64,000 nt of DNA from Phoronis australis (Eukaryota > Animalia > Phoronida), in NCBI GenBank assembly GCA_002633005.1, contig NMRA01000179.1, forward strand, positions 279,954 to 343,953, written 5' to 3'. The notes beneath the pieces were generated by a model. The model did no database searches, was not told the origin of the DNA, and saw only the letters and a program-made list of their open reading frames with translations. This document shows, piece after piece, positions 24,701-39,700 of the stretch. Position numbers and translations under genes: made by a program. Position 1 is the first letter of the stretch; every line of letters begins with the position of its first letter.

Positions 24701-27700
24701 ATCCATCAAGTACTTTAGTGTTTCTCGCCATTGGAGTACCACATGTTCTGTGTTCCTGTCATTGCATTCTTTATCGGCTTTCTGCGCGGCACCAATTTAT
24801 TTGTTTTTTCAATACAAACGACATATTATAATTGCTGAGGTGGTGAATAAAAAATAACTTTACCAGGTTAATTTTAAACCGAATAAAATCGCCTTAAGTT
24901 TGTTAAAGATGCCTTTCAATTCTGGTACTTTATGAACGGCTGAAACAGTCTTATACATCGGCGAAGTCCGACACGGCCTGTGTGGAAATGTACCTGATAT
25001 TCCAACCCTAGGTCATTAAAAACAACGCTCTACTTTAATCTCGGGAAAAGGGAGATTTTCCATTGCGTAATCCGAGACGACCTTATCAGACCCAAAATCC
25101 GACTGTAACCCTACTCTATATTAGGCTAGCTTTCGTCGAGTTTTGGTGTTAGATTAGACTGACTCGCGTCTTAATTTTGGTCGTAAAAATTTTCGCGAAA
25201 CGTGGATGCGGTGTCAGGTATAGGTCTGGTCACTATCGACAAGTTATGTAACAGAACCCTGGAGCTGGCGACTTCCACGAATCAACTACGCGAGTTGCGA
25301 CCTCAAGCAATCACTGTGGACGCCGACGAAGTGACTCAACAGACTTTCCTTTTGACTTATCAGTAAAATGAAGCATATGAACCGTTTGCTTGTGAAGCGT
25401 ACATGTGAATAATAGGTTGGATATAAATACATTGACAAAATTTCGTTAGTGTTTGCCTTGAGTATGTAAATCAGGGCTAAAGGTCATCGAACTAAGATGT
25501 GACTGTCAGCGGACGAATTTAATTTGTGGCCATTGGTAAATTGCACTGGTTATAGGATTAGATCTAACTTAATTGCAAGAGTAAAGAATCAAAATACGCG
25601 CAGAGAGGACAACGATTACTATTAGTATTTAAGTCTGAACTTATCTTCCCTCAAACGTTTTCGCCAGCATCCCGGCAATCACTATCGATTTGTAAGTAAC
25701 AACAGTTATCCAAGAGGGCTACCAACATAATCTACGTGTAGGGCAGTGTAGGGGGAACTACGGCTACTGCCATCCTAGTAGAAAGTGAAAAGTAACTTAG
25801 ACCACTCGTCTTACATGAAGAAAACCTCCACACTGGTAGGGTCTTTTTGCATTATGTGTATATCAGAATGTTGAGTGTCCCCATGTTTAGGTTCCTTGAC
25901 TCTGGCGTATGGTACCTATGCCATCTGCGCTGGCTCATTAGAGCCAAGTGGGCAGCTACAGTACTCGCCATTGGCTTATGAAGTGGACGTACATGTATAC
26001 GTAAGGCATCTATTATATAAAATGCATCGTTTGCACAAACTCCGTCTCCCCCGCTCCGCTACAGACCTTCGTTGAGTCCGTTTCGGCACCGCCTTGGTCC
26101 CAGGTAGTGCACCGGCCCCTTGTTTGGATTCGAGGTGTTCTATTTTTTCTCGCGGGCCGTTTTTTCGCGGACGCGGAGTGAGGGTGGCCAGTTTCGTACT
26201 GGCCTTGGTGACGTCAGTTGGTCGGCTCAAAGTCCTGGGTGACGTCACTCCGTTGGCTTAATTTCACTCCCTCCGGCTTCGTTTGCGTATATAATTCATC
26301 GGGCCTGTCGCCGCCAAAATTAATGATGCCTCATTAAAAAATTTTACTCTTTCTCGAGTAAACTAAATTATTTACCCGGGTGTAGGAAAATTGGCGTTCT
26401 TCAGTTATTATGCTGCTAAAATTGCGATGCGCTTTGGGTGCCATGTGCGTCACCTATCGGGTTAATTTCCATGTTCTTCAATCAACTGTGGAAGTTGCGT
26501 ACAATCAGAAGTGGTTTCATTTCGTTCCAATTTTTTACTATTTTAATACCAAAAAAAAACAATTTCTGAAAATACTCTCGAGAGATATCTCAAAGTTTTG
26601 GGAAATGGCGCGTATGTGCGCGTGTACGGTCACGACGGCAGTGAGATAGTAGGATTTTCCTTTAAGGCGGAGAATTACGAAAAATTACGTTTATTAGATT
26701 TCGTTTACTTCTATAAACGGCTGTAACGGGCACTGTGAATGTCGATTCATACCCAGATTCTGCATGCACCTTTGCAGGTTGTTTTCTCTGAAGTTTCACG
26801 ACGAGGTGAGGAGCTGAGCACCACGGTTGTGTGAAATTTCGGTGTCTAACGGACCTCTACACACGGCTACCTAACTGTATGTTTACGACAGTCCTCATAC
26901 AGCTAGCTGGCTTTCTACCTCAGTATGTACATTTGTGATGCAAGTTTTGTAAATACATCCATGTGCGGATCCAGGATTTTGAGTTGGGGGGGGCACGGCA
27001 GATGGTATTAGCCAGAATTTTGCCCTTCAGACGTTCGCACCCCTGGACTGCCAAATGCAATCTGGGAGAATTTTATGGGGGCCATGACCCCGTTGCCCCC
27101 TCTAAATCCGCCACTGACATCTATATACTTTAGTTTTCACTTTAAACTGAAGAATACCTGATTACCGTACTTTCTGTCACGGCAAGGTCAAATGCTCTGG
27201 AAAAAACTAGGGGATGAATCCCACAGCCGCACACCTTAGTTGCCTACTAAAATCTGACAGGTGACAGAAATTCTGCTTGAAGCTTTGAAAACGGTCTCTT
27301 CAAGAAGTATTCCTGTCTCTTTCGATGAACACTCGATCGGTTCACTCTCAGGTGTTGCTATTCCCCCTCGGCGTTTCCCACCTACATGTACGTGTAGCTG
27401 CTACCCTTGCCAAAGCACGGGTGGCAGCTAGTAACAACATAAAATACTACCCAACATCTGAACTTAGCTCCGCTTCCATCAAGCACAAGCCATATTTCGT
27501 GTCACACTCGCAATCGTTGCCGTCGTGGGCAAACCCCAAATTATGCCCCAGCTCGTGCGCCACTATCATCGACGTCCAAAGTGGGTCGGATGTGTCCTGC
27601 AAGTAAAACCCATGGTTGAGTCAAGGAATTACCACACACTAAATTAAAAAGAACGCTTTCTGTAAACAGTCTCACAGTGGAAGAGCTTCCGACCTTGTTT

Positions 27701-30700
27701 TTACAAAGAGGACACATTTATGTCTTCGTGAAACACCAATCTTGCGTAGAGAGTACGAAATAATTTACGGATGATCTTATTAAAACGGCGTAAAATCGAT
27801 GTCAGAATTTGAATTCAATAAATAATTTCTAGTAAGAGTCCTCCGTGACCACTCGTTAGTGTGACATATTTTTAAAAGGCCTGCTCGCAATTTTCACATA
27901 CTGTTTTTGTAATACCTTTTTAGGCCAAAAAAGCATAGTTGGTTCTAGTCGGTTTCTGTTTATAAATTGAGTTGGTATTTTTAGTAGGCCACTTTTCAAA
28001 AAAGGAAATCCCCTGAAACAGGCATAACTGATACGTGTTTTGAGTTGTTTTCATGGATCGGCAAATCGTTACGTCAAATTTAGCTCACCCTCGTCTTCAG
28101 TTGCTAAACTAGAGTACTACGAATCAAGTTAAGGGATTGAAAATTCTAACGCTTATATTCATTAAAAGCAGTTGGTTCGTGTACATCGCCATCATTATTA
28201 CACTGTTTACCAACCTTAATGACTCCGGCGGACGGTGATGCTGAGCAAAGTGTATCAAACGAACCGCGCCCGACGCCATGAAAGAAGTCACTGGTTCTGC
28301 AAATGGATTACTGGTAAGATAGTGTGCATGTACGTGTACGGGCTAGATACAGTAAGCGATTTTAGACAAGTTGCCAAGAATGCAAAGTATCAAAAGTGTT
28401 GTGGGTCCAAATGCAAAAGGCAAAGCCAGTGTCATAATGAATATTAATTATATAGTCCAGTGCCCAGTTGCATTAAGGGTACATTGTATACGCTGCATAG
28501 CAGCAATGACGTCGCATAATCATGCGTCACGTTGTTAGTGTTGAACAATGCACCTGACGTCACACAACAATCAAACTCATCCAGCGGATAATTTGAAGTT
28601 TCCTGCAACCCAGCCCAGGCGAATAGTACATGTAAGTAATCTTTCTATAATGCAGGTTCATTTAAGTGTGGTGTCAAACGGAGAATAGCAGGTGATTTAC
28701 TGAAAAAATTTGTTGGCAGCAGTACCGGTCTCGTTGATTCCCTACGTGCCTAACCAGCCCGCAGGTATCATGCAGTGGCACGCGCATTAGCATTGGCTGA
28801 TGTAACTTCAGCAGTCACTGGTTAGTAAAAAAATGGCGGACTGTGAACGATTTTTAGCCTTGTCATGCAATTTACGTCGCAGCAACTATTTCGTTTCTGC
28901 AGTGATGTTTAATAGCCGCGTGACTGAAGCACATACATGTACATGTAAAACAAACACATATCTGGTCGATTTAACGGTGTGTTATTCATACTGTATGAAT
29001 ACAGGACAGTATCGTAAACAAAAGTTATCGAAAGTAGAAAGATGCACTCCGAAAAAGCGCAACCACAGTTTCTAGGATTCACATTTCCTGAACATAAATT
29101 TTAAGCACCAATTTGTCTGCCCAACAGACCAAATTTACAGTCTTTCAGTCATGCTAGTTTGTATGCATAAAGCACTTCCTGATGAGAATTCGACTAGCCA
29201 ATCAGAAACGCCGGTGTAAAAAAATTCCCGAGGAAAATTAAGTGTTGCCTGCGTGCTGGCTTTCGACAGGCATGTAGGGAACCAGCGAGAAGTACCGGTA
29301 TGTACATTGCAGGGCTTCCTGACGTTATTCGATTGTTTACGAATCACGCAAAAGCTTGTGGTAGATTGAGTGTGTAGTAGGTGAACCAAAACGAAGCACT
29401 TCACATTTTGCATTTACTTAAAAGGATACTAAACGTTAAGAAACGATCTGTCAACTGCTCGCCACTTTGTCGATTTTTCTCCCACAACACAAAGCACGTC
29501 TCCTTATTTGGTATAGCAAGACATAGGCGTAGCACGTTTTCCTGATATGGAAAATGTGAACTTTGACCTCAAGCGACTTCGAACAACTGACTGTGAGTGC
29601 ATGCGTGCATTCATAATAAGTGGGAGTCTGATTAAAAACTGTGATAACCACAGAGTTTTTCATTCGCGCGTACTTCAATAGTCGTGAATTGCGTGATTTT
29701 TTTCTGGAAATTTCCTCACAGGAGAAATTGAATTACTCTTTACTAGACGTTGCGAGATGGTAAATTCGTCAGGAATTGTTAAATAACATTTTCGACGAGC
29801 TTTCGCGTTCCATTCCTCTTTAAGGCACTGCATTAGTTCTTATCTCTGTTTTCTTCTTCAACATACAATATCAGTTCTGCAACGACCACAAATGCTTATT
29901 AAATGTGCCTCTGTTTAATCATTTTGGCCATTTTTCGTCTGTGCAGTCTTCTGAACGGTTCGAACTGAAGTAAATTTGTTTTGATTGGTCATTATTCAGT
30001 GTGTGTCGAATAAGCGGAGAGAGAAAGAACCAATACTGCTCTTTGATTTATCATGTTGTATATTGAATTCTGAGCGTTGGTTAACTAATTCTGTGCGTTC
30101 AATAGACCTAATTCACGCCGACAGGAGGCGCGTTCCAAAACGAGGCTCGCTACGATATCTCTGTTGGCTTAACGGCTTACTGGTTGTATTCCGCGTTGCT
30201 TGAACGGCTAGAAAAAATGCGGACACTCAACTGTCTGTTTTACAATGCCTGAGGACGTTGAGATTCGGAGGCGTTGGGTCGCTGCCATACGCGCGACGAA
30301 GGAAAATATGTCCCTGTAAAATTTATAAATATTTTCAGAAAGTTAGATTATATTGTGTCGCATCTCGATTGCCGAGTGTCATATATAATATAATTGCAGG
30401 GGGTCTGATACACGTTGTACCAGACGTGCGCAGGCCTCGCATGTGGGCCCATTGCACTGATCACCTGCAAATATGTTTATGCTTTATTAATATATGGTTA
30501 AAACCGAGCTGAGGAGCTAGAAACCTGGCTCAAGGGTTTAGCAGTGTGACCTGGTGGGACTCGAACCCACGGCGTCGAGTAGAGAAAGCGAGCACCTATC
30601 AACTAAGCCACACTGCCTCCTCTCGCCGAGCGTCATAGCAACGACCGGTGAATCTTCGGTCAGCCAGTCTATGTTTTCATGACTACGGGATGAAATATGA

Positions 30701-33700
30701 TGCATGTTACATGTACTTTCCAAAAAGACAGGGCCCTCAATCCCTCGATTTTGGGGCCGAATATCGGCCCTATTCCCCTGTCAAAAATCCTCTATTGTTA
30801 AATGCTAAATAAATCTTAACAGTTCGGTTTTTTTCAGTTGGACTCGTATCACAAGCAACAGCTCAGTCCAGGGCCCTAAATATGAAAATGAAATTCAAAG
30901 ATAAAGACCTTGTATCTTAGAAACCAAGTACCATAGATCCTGCTATGAAAAATAGAAAGACAAAGATTGTGAATAGTGACAAATCCACAGTTTTCAGAGA
31001 TGTTTTTCTACAGTTTTGTTTGGAGTTCATTGAATCAAAGCTTCTAACACACGGAGATGTCATTTGCCTTTTTCAAAACTAAAGCAAGACTTTGAAGCTG
31101 TTTTTCAGAAAGCTGGTGTGCATGAAGTTATTTGGACAGGCAGTCTTAAGAAACGACTGTTGAAGCTACTCACTGTTGTAGTTTGTGCCAAACTAAGAGA
31201 TACGAAATTAAATTGAGGTTAGTGTTCAATAATTTACTTGCTGACTCTAATTAACACATCCCATTATGGCATATTTTGAATCAAACGTTTGCCCAAATCC
31301 TGCCCCCCTCCAAACAAGTACTTAGTGTTTGACCCTTCATTGCATGCGGGCCAAATGCCAGTGTGCAGTGCTGTACCCTCTCTAATCGAGCATAGTTGGC
31401 TCCTTGGCGGTGGAGCTTTGCAGTTAAAATGTATGGCAATGCCCGCAGCTCCATTGACAGTACTAAACGATGAATGCTGCAAGTGCAAAAAGAACAAGTG
31501 CTGGGAAACTGGGTTTGCGCTGCAATGCTGGGTCAAACTTTACAGAAATGTGGAGCTGTGACAACTGTAGTAACGTCAGCAACACTGACTGCATAACATT
31601 GGATAGTTCTTTGACAAGTCAACCCTAAATAGACATCCAACCCCGTTATTTTTTTTTTTTTGTATTAAAAAGTGAATTTTATTTGTTGATTAAGTCATAG
31701 AAAGTACGTACTTTGGTCACTGTCATGTATTTGTCTCATACTGCTTGATAAATGCTGTCAGAATAATCTATTATTTTTACAGTCTGTGTGCACATTCACA
31801 AAGATCATTAAACTATATTGTTTTTGCACTATAACGTATTTCTGGTGTATTATGCAAACAAGCTATATTTTACACCATTAGTCAGTGGTTTAGTCATTGA
31901 GGCACAAATTTCGCCCAGTCTCAAGTGTTTTGTGTTATTTTTGTTGCCAAACAATGCCAGAATAACCTCCTATTAACATTCAGACTTAGTTTGCATTTCT
32001 GCCACTAAGTGTCACTTTACATTTTTTAAATTTCACTGTTTACAATTAGTCTACAATAGTAAAACATGTAAATAAAATTTCCCGCCTAAAGTACTCACAA
32101 AAACCATTTTCTAGAAGCCCTACAAATTCTGGGCCACCGCCTACAAGAGCAACGATTGAAAACTAATTAAAGATTGTACAGAAACGCCTCTTACATGTAC
32201 TGTATATTCCCATCTGAAATAACAGATTCGGCATTAAGACCTGACATTGTGTTATGGTCAATTCAGGCAAAAAGGGCAGTTTTAATAGAACTTACAATAC
32301 CAGCAGAAGACAATATGGAATCAACACACCTGAGGAAAAGAATGTAGTACACAAATCTCGTCGAAGAATGTAAAAATGCAGGATGGCAAACAGTCCTGTT
32401 ACCTGTTGATGTCGGCAGTAGAGGCTTCATCTAAAAACCATTAAATAAGTTAATGAATTTCGTCGAGGTCCCCAAATAAATCAAAAAACAAACATACCAA
32501 ACGGCCTCTAAGACAGCTCTCAGATGTAGCTATACGATATATTTATCAAGAAACGACAACCAATTTACGGAATGGCAACTCTGTAACCTTTCTAAACCAG
32601 CGATTGCAACGCAAAGAAGAGGTGAAACTATTCACAATCATGACGCAACAGAGAACGCTATACAATCAGCTACTTCGTCATCCCCAATATTAAACAAATA
32701 TGGCGCACTTTCAAAATGAACATAGACGTCGCACATCACATCTGACGCAAACAAGTCAAGATGTTTTTGAAATTCATCAGGGTACGGGAATTGGGGATAG
32801 TTAGTCCTATGAAAGATCTTAAACCCAGCCGCAGAGCGTCTAAAGCCGCTCACCGTACCAGTGACTGCTGCCAACTCATCGGAGACACAACTTTAACATC
32901 CTTCGCCGCAGAGATAATAACTCCTGGGCTGTTTCCAGTTAGTCCATTCATTCTTGAATGACGTTTAGGTAAATAATTTCAATTACGAGCATGTTTTTTT
33001 ATTTTAATAAAAATATATTTAATAACATCAGTTATTGTTTCAGATCAATGACAAATCACTTGTCAGTTTCAGTAGTCCCTACCTCACTAGGACATAGACT
33101 ATATGCTTGATGTTAATACTTTTGATCAGCAAATTAAACAAGATGTGACTAATTGCACATGACAGCAAAATGCGATGAGCCACCACTGTCGAATATATCT
33201 TCATCTCGTCAACAATACAAGCAGATCTGGTGTGTGTAGAAAGCATTTTTAAAAACAATTTACAAGAAGAAACTTAACCCTGCATTCAGCATAATACCTA
33301 TTCCGTAACACTACCGTGACGATCGCCGCAGTTTGGTCATATTTCCTTTTCATGTTTTGAACCTAGTTTTCCGAAAAAACGTATACCATTTCCTCAGACA
33401 ACATTTTGGTGCATTGACTTGTTCTCTAATGTATTTTTCTACGTCTGTGTGGTTAATTATCGACACATTTTTAAGATTTAATATCCAGGTTGGACTCGAA
33501 AGACCGGACATTTAATAAGTCACGCTCTGTAAATTTCCGCTTTGTTAATCGTACTGAGCCTCGCTTTGGATTTTAATGTCCGTCGCTTGAGTTAGGTCTA
33601 TGAGCACATTTCAACGCGCAGAAATATATGTGGAAATTTATTATTTAGAAGCTGATTGTGCATGCGATTTTTATATACTCACGTTTGCAAATAAATGGCA

Positions 33701-36700
33701 TCGTAGTGGTGAAATGGTAGTATATGTTTTTCTGTATAATTAAGGAATAAGTCCATTGTGACATTATCTATTACATCCCCGATCTGTATACGATTCTTTT
33801 CACTCCAAATCTCTGTGCCAGTTAAAACCACGCGGACGTTCAGATCTATGAACATCTAAAAAAACAAACACAATTCTATAGCCTAAGTGCATGGTAAAAA
33901 AAATTCGGTTGGATCGTGATCGAAACGTGAATCCAGGCAAATTGCTATTTTAATAGGTTATTTTTTTACCAGACCAAACAAAATTTCGGTAAGTTTGTTG
34001 GCAAATGTAGCTTCATGCAGTCTCAGACTTATAAAAACACCGTAACGATAATACATTGTATGGGAGGACACTTACATGTACCAAAAATTGACCTATGGGT
34101 GTGGTTGGTTTGTAACCTTCTCACCATATCAATCCATTTCGTGAGCTAAATGGATCATTTGTAAATAGTAATAAATACACGTGTAACAAGCTGATCCTTT
34201 TGAACACGAACTGCCAAAACAACGGACTGTTTCTTAGCAAACGTTTACATTCCCATGTTCTAATTATAGCAACTCATGTAACGCAACTCTCATATGCAGT
34301 ATTTTGAAAAGTTTTATTCAGTTGCAAAAAAAATCTTAAGGATTGTAATAATTCTTAAGCATCTCTTCAACATTACATAAGGACAGCAAATGTTGCAAAG
34401 TGTATCGGATAACGCAGTTATGTCAATAAAAGTACAAAGCTCTTAGTTTGGACCTGTTGTTCCATAACAATAACAATATGCACATACATTGGCATTCAAT
34501 TTCAAATTCCACAATATTGTTCAACCATCAATTAGTACAGCCAAACAGCCTTTGCTGTGAAGGTTAATCTTTGGAAGATTCACAACTCAATTTCATTGAA
34601 GATGGGATGTTCAGTCAGGCCTGTACGCATTCAGTTCTGCACTATTCCGACGTGCTCGTCAAATGTACAGTTGGTCTCCACACGGCCTCTTTCATTTCTA
34701 ATACAAGAGGCCAGTGCGACTAGGTCTTGCCAGTACATGTAACAATTTGTTCAGGGTTTATAAGCAACAGCAACCAATTAAATAGGGTGTTCCGCTATAA
34801 AAGCAAGGTAATCCATCGAGAATGACGATCATTTTCACCCTATGCAGTGGCAAAAGCAGGCGACGACGTGGTAGAGTGACACGACCACGATAACCGCCAC
34901 CCTGCAACAAATGTACCTGTAATTCACATTTAGTTGGAGGGAGTGGTGCACCTTGGAAGTGGACACAAGTTTTCTCCGTGATTAGTGCCGATGGCACTTA
35001 TTACCTCGTATAACAACAACAAAGTATATAGGCCTATACGCAAATAGTCCGTCTCTTGACATTCATGTTCTGGGACCAAGTGGCCTTTGAAATGTGCTAC
35101 TAATCGCTTATGATTTCTCAGAGTTCCTAAGTCATCGCTTTTCCACCTGGAGCAAATCGTGAAACTATGTCACGTCCAGGGGACGCGTGACCATCGGAAG
35201 TGCCCAGAACTTTAAGACTAAGAGGGGTTTAAATTTGAGTGACGAGGTATTGGCTGTGTGGACAGTCCTACTATAAGCAACGTCTTATCCGAAAAATGTC
35301 CAAGGTTTGCAAAATAAGAATACCAACAAAGCTTTCTCTCGAAAAATAATCTGTTGCGTAATATGAAAGATTTCATTCTTTTCAATTAGTTCTAGTATTG
35401 TATGATTATTGCGTAGCCGCATGTGGACACGCTACACCGTGAAACCGTAGTGACAGCGGCATGTAGACTGGCTGCCGTGTGTATCCGTAGTAACAGCGGC
35501 AATTGGACATACTACAGTGTGTAACAGTAATGACAGCGCAGTGTGGACACGCTGCACCGTGTAACCGTACTGGCAGCGTCATTTGGACACACTACCGTGT
35601 GTATCCGTAGTAACAGCGGCAAGTGGACATACTGCACTGTGTAATAGTAATGACAGCAGCATGTGGACACACTACAGTGTGAAAAGTAATGATGGCGGCA
35701 TGTGGACACACTACAGTGAATAGCCGTAATGACAGCTAATCATCTGCATATTTTAGATCTACTCAACAGTGGCCGGAACTTGAGCACAGCCTTAATTCGT
35801 GATCCTAATACAGTTAATCCACCACTGTCCCGCGGCCACAAAAAGCAGCCAAAGTTCGAACATTGTTTCGCAAATGCTTACATGTACAAGACCCTTGATC
35901 CACACTGACACAAGAAAAAGTGGCCTTGGGCCATTGATTCCGTTGCAGCACGCTGTTGGGCATGTGGAACTATAGTTTCGGTACTGACAGATTGTTGAAT
36001 CATGTGTGCACCATTACACGCAGTACTTACAGAGTTCGCTATGTTGACGATGTCGACGAGCCGTCTCCCGGTAGCGTCGCCAAACTTCTTAAACTACAAG
36101 CAAATGGCAAAGGAATAAAGTCAGAGAGCCCTTATCCCCAAAGGGATCATCTCATATAGACCTGCAGCCCAGAGCACTTAGCATAGATGAACGAGGTAAG
36201 AACATCTGACCACGAAAGCATTTAGAGTCCACCTCAGTATGTACAGAAATGGAAGTCTGCCCTTGTCTGCACTCCGGTGTGACACCTGGGGGTTTTACAA
36301 AGGGCCCAGAAAATGAGCTAGACTAGATATTCGAGGTACAGGCCAAAACTGATTTAAAATGAACAATAGTACCGCATTCAACACCGAATGACCCATGACA
36401 GACAAATTGCTCTCTGGAATGGGTCCGGCAGAAACCAAAAAAGCACCCCCCCCCCCAAAAAAATGAGCTAGCACATACATTCGTGAAGTGACTACTCCTG
36501 TGAAACTGCCCTCATTAATATTGTTAACGGCTGGGCTCAGGGTGTAGATAGTGGTCACAACGTTGGTGTAGTATTTTTGGATTTTAAAAAAAGCTTTTGA
36601 TCTCGTTGATCACAATATACTTCTAAGTAAATTGTTAATTTACAAGGAGGGCAAGGTCTCCTTAGACTGGTTAAATTCATATCTCTCAGAGAGATGCCAG

Positions 36701-39700
36701 GTTGCATCCCTTGGTGGGCATCTGTCTGAGTCCCGAGGTATCACACACGGTGTTCCCCAGGGATCCATCCTGGGACCTCTGCTGTTTTTACTTTTTATAA
36801 ATGATCTCTCTTTAGTCTGCGAAAACACTGTTGACATGAATGCAGATGATACTACTTTGTCTGTCGTGGCAAACTCGCTGATCGTGTTAAGGACAGACTC
36901 CAGTCTGATCTGGATAAGGTTGCTACCTGGTGTACTGATAATAAAATGGTAATTAATGCTGAAAAACAATATGTACGATTATTGCCTCAGAGCAACGGCA
37001 TAGTAGAAGTAATCTTGAGCTTAACCTTGCTATATTCAATTTACACCTCAAATATGTTGACAGTGAAAAGTTATTAGGTGTTACTGTAGACAAGACCCTC
37101 AGCTTGTCTAGCCATATCAATGGACTGTGTCCAAAATTAGGCAGCGACTTGGTCTTCTCCGGCGTACATATATATCACAATTTCTTCCCACAGAAGGGCG
37201 TCTGCAATATTTCAGCGCATGTGTATTCCCTCTGTTCGTTTATTGTAGTACAGTGTGGTCAGGATGCAATGCAAAATTAGTTTCCTCTTTATTGAAGGCC
37301 CAGAAGCAGGCGGCCAGACTTGTTCTAGGTGTGCCTTTTGACACTCCGTCAACTCATATGTTTAAATAGACTGGGGTGGCTCCCTATTGACAAATATTTT
37401 ATATACAGGCGTTTGTGTATGATGCATAGGTGCTTTCACGGTAATGTGTCGACTCATTTATCTCGTAATCTCATACTTGTTCGAAATAACCACCAAATCA
37501 GGACAAGATTTTCTGCCTCAAACAATTTGGTTTTGCCCAAACACAGAACTTCGTTTTATTCTAAGTCCTTCTTTATTCAGACCATCCAACAGTGGAACAA
37601 TTTGCCTAATAGTGTTAAGGAGGCTGACTCTTATGATAATTTCAGACACCACCTCATCAGTTACCTGTGGTCGTCATAGATGTCCCTCCTTTTGGTCTTT
37701 CCAATATATTTACCATACAAATTTTTCTTTATTTATTTATCTTTAATTCAATTTGTAAATCCAATTTTTAAACACTATTTTATTTACTGTATCTTATTAT
37801 ATCTAATTTAATCTGTTTATCTAACTTAATTTAATTAATTTTTTTCTTGCTGCAGAGGACCATGCTAGATATTAGCCTTTCGCTAAAGCATGTTTTGCAT
37901 TTATTGTATTTTTATCCTCTTTAAATAAAGTTTATTATTATTATTATTATTATTATTATCATTATTATTATTACTATTACTATTACTATTATTATTATTA
38001 TTATTCACCGTGATCAAATACAAATCACTCCTAATTTAGTGCGCAGCCACGCGGTGGAGTCCCAATGCTACTTAGATATATAAACAACGACGTGTTTCTG
38101 TAACAAGGTTTCTCGCTGCAGCATTGCCTGGTCTGCATGCAATGACAGGGTGTGACGTCACAGCAGCACTGTATAGGAAAAGGAAAGTGAGGCCTCTGGA
38201 AATTCTGATGAAAGACTCATCTGGGACACTTATCAGCTACTTCGCAGAGTTAATAAACGTAGATTTCCCAGACGAAAGAAAGTTAGAAGAATACACATGC
38301 CTCCTATTTAGTGAAGGGAGGAGTCAAAGATGTCAATGAAGCGAGATATCTGAAATTAATAGAGATGAACGAGATGAGGTAATAACTGTAATTGATAAAA
38401 TGTAGTTCATAAAAGCAACGAAAATAATTTCAAATGTTTTCATAGTATTAAACCAAAGGGCCCAGTTTCACGTCATACTTGAAAAGCAGTACATGTAAAT
38501 GGTGGTGAGGTTTTATGTTTTTTTTTTCGTCAGCTTTTAGACAATTGGTCCCTCGTCAATGAAATTTTCTCACTATTTATTTCAGGAAAAGCCGATGTCC
38601 AACATCAAGAAGATTGACTGCGCGTTGCTTCCTCCTTGCCGAAAGACACTATTGAACAAGCTCAAACGAGCCCATTATGTTGCCTTGCTCTGGGGTCAAG
38701 TGGATTCTGCCAATTCGGGAAACGGTTTGGATCCTCTTACAAGAGTGGAAGGTGCAAGATGGACACTACACACCCGAATGGTTTTGTGGATCTTCCGTTC
38801 CTGGTGTCCTTTTTGAAGGTGCTGGTCTTTTACAAGAAAACTAAGCCAATCAATACATAGAGGAAATGAGCTATGACGAAACAAGCGAGCCCGAATCAAG
38901 CTGGAGTAGCAGTGACGAATCTGATATTAAACCGCATTAAAACTAACAGGAAACTACTGTTGACATTAAACATATACATGCAGTAGCTTGATGTTCTCGT
39001 CAATACATTGATTTTAATTATCTGTTACAATGCTGTTTGAAAGTGTTGCTCTATTTCATGTAGTTTATTTTGATTAAAGAAGGTTTTGAAAAACACGTCT
39101 GTTACTTTTCTTTCATCGTATCATTTAGTAGTCAATGGGATGAAAGGGCTCTTTGGAAATAATTTTCGTGGTTCCTCGATCTAGCGCAAATTTAGGGGCC
39201 ATATATGTTGTCGCTGACGTATCCTTTCTGTTGGCAGTTTTGATAGCGTTTTATATTTTACACAATCTGCGTTCTTAAACTTCATTTAGTGGGTTGGTTT
39301 AAGACAGTTACTAGTACTCCAAAGTTTTAGTGTTATCATGTACTTTCCAAAATGCATGCTCTCCGCCATCATCCAATTGGCAACCAGCGTGAGAGCTCAG
39401 TAGACGCAAAAGTATAAACTCATCATCTAATATGTCATATATTTTCAAAACTACTTACCGGTAGTTGAGATTTCTAGGGCTGGCGAGCACAACCCACAAT
39501 GGGTTTTAACTGTCATAGGGTATTTGGTAACCAGTTACATCTATTTGAATCACATGGACTTGTTTATTGTGGTACCCCGAATGAAGACCTAGCTCCTTTT
39601 ACGGTGGCATTGAGTTTCTGGCGAACGTCTTCCAGAGCCCAATTTGTTGTCTGTCATGGGTCATCTGGTGCGGGACGATTATTGGTTTTAAGTCAGTTTT

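Noticed and set aside
25815-25901. Possible 87-nt phase 2-2 cassette exon (..[15 protein letters not shown]) with an AT|GTAAGA donor
   Set aside because: The acceptor is weak, and the flanking exons already join into a normal Met-turn-to-FSSCS spacing.
28500-28602. Degenerate copy of the catalytic exon (ETSNYP/WMSLIVV resembling [13 protein letters not shown])
   Set aside because: It needs a frameshift, has no HExxH, and the similarity is too short to separate from chance.
30545-30620. tRNA gene
   Set aside because: A and B boxes are present, but there is no proper acceptor or anticodon stem and SINE-like body sequence follows.
35415-35740. CRISPR-like array
   Set aside because: Degenerate tandem units without unique spacers, in a eukaryotic intron with no cas genes; it is a minisatellite.
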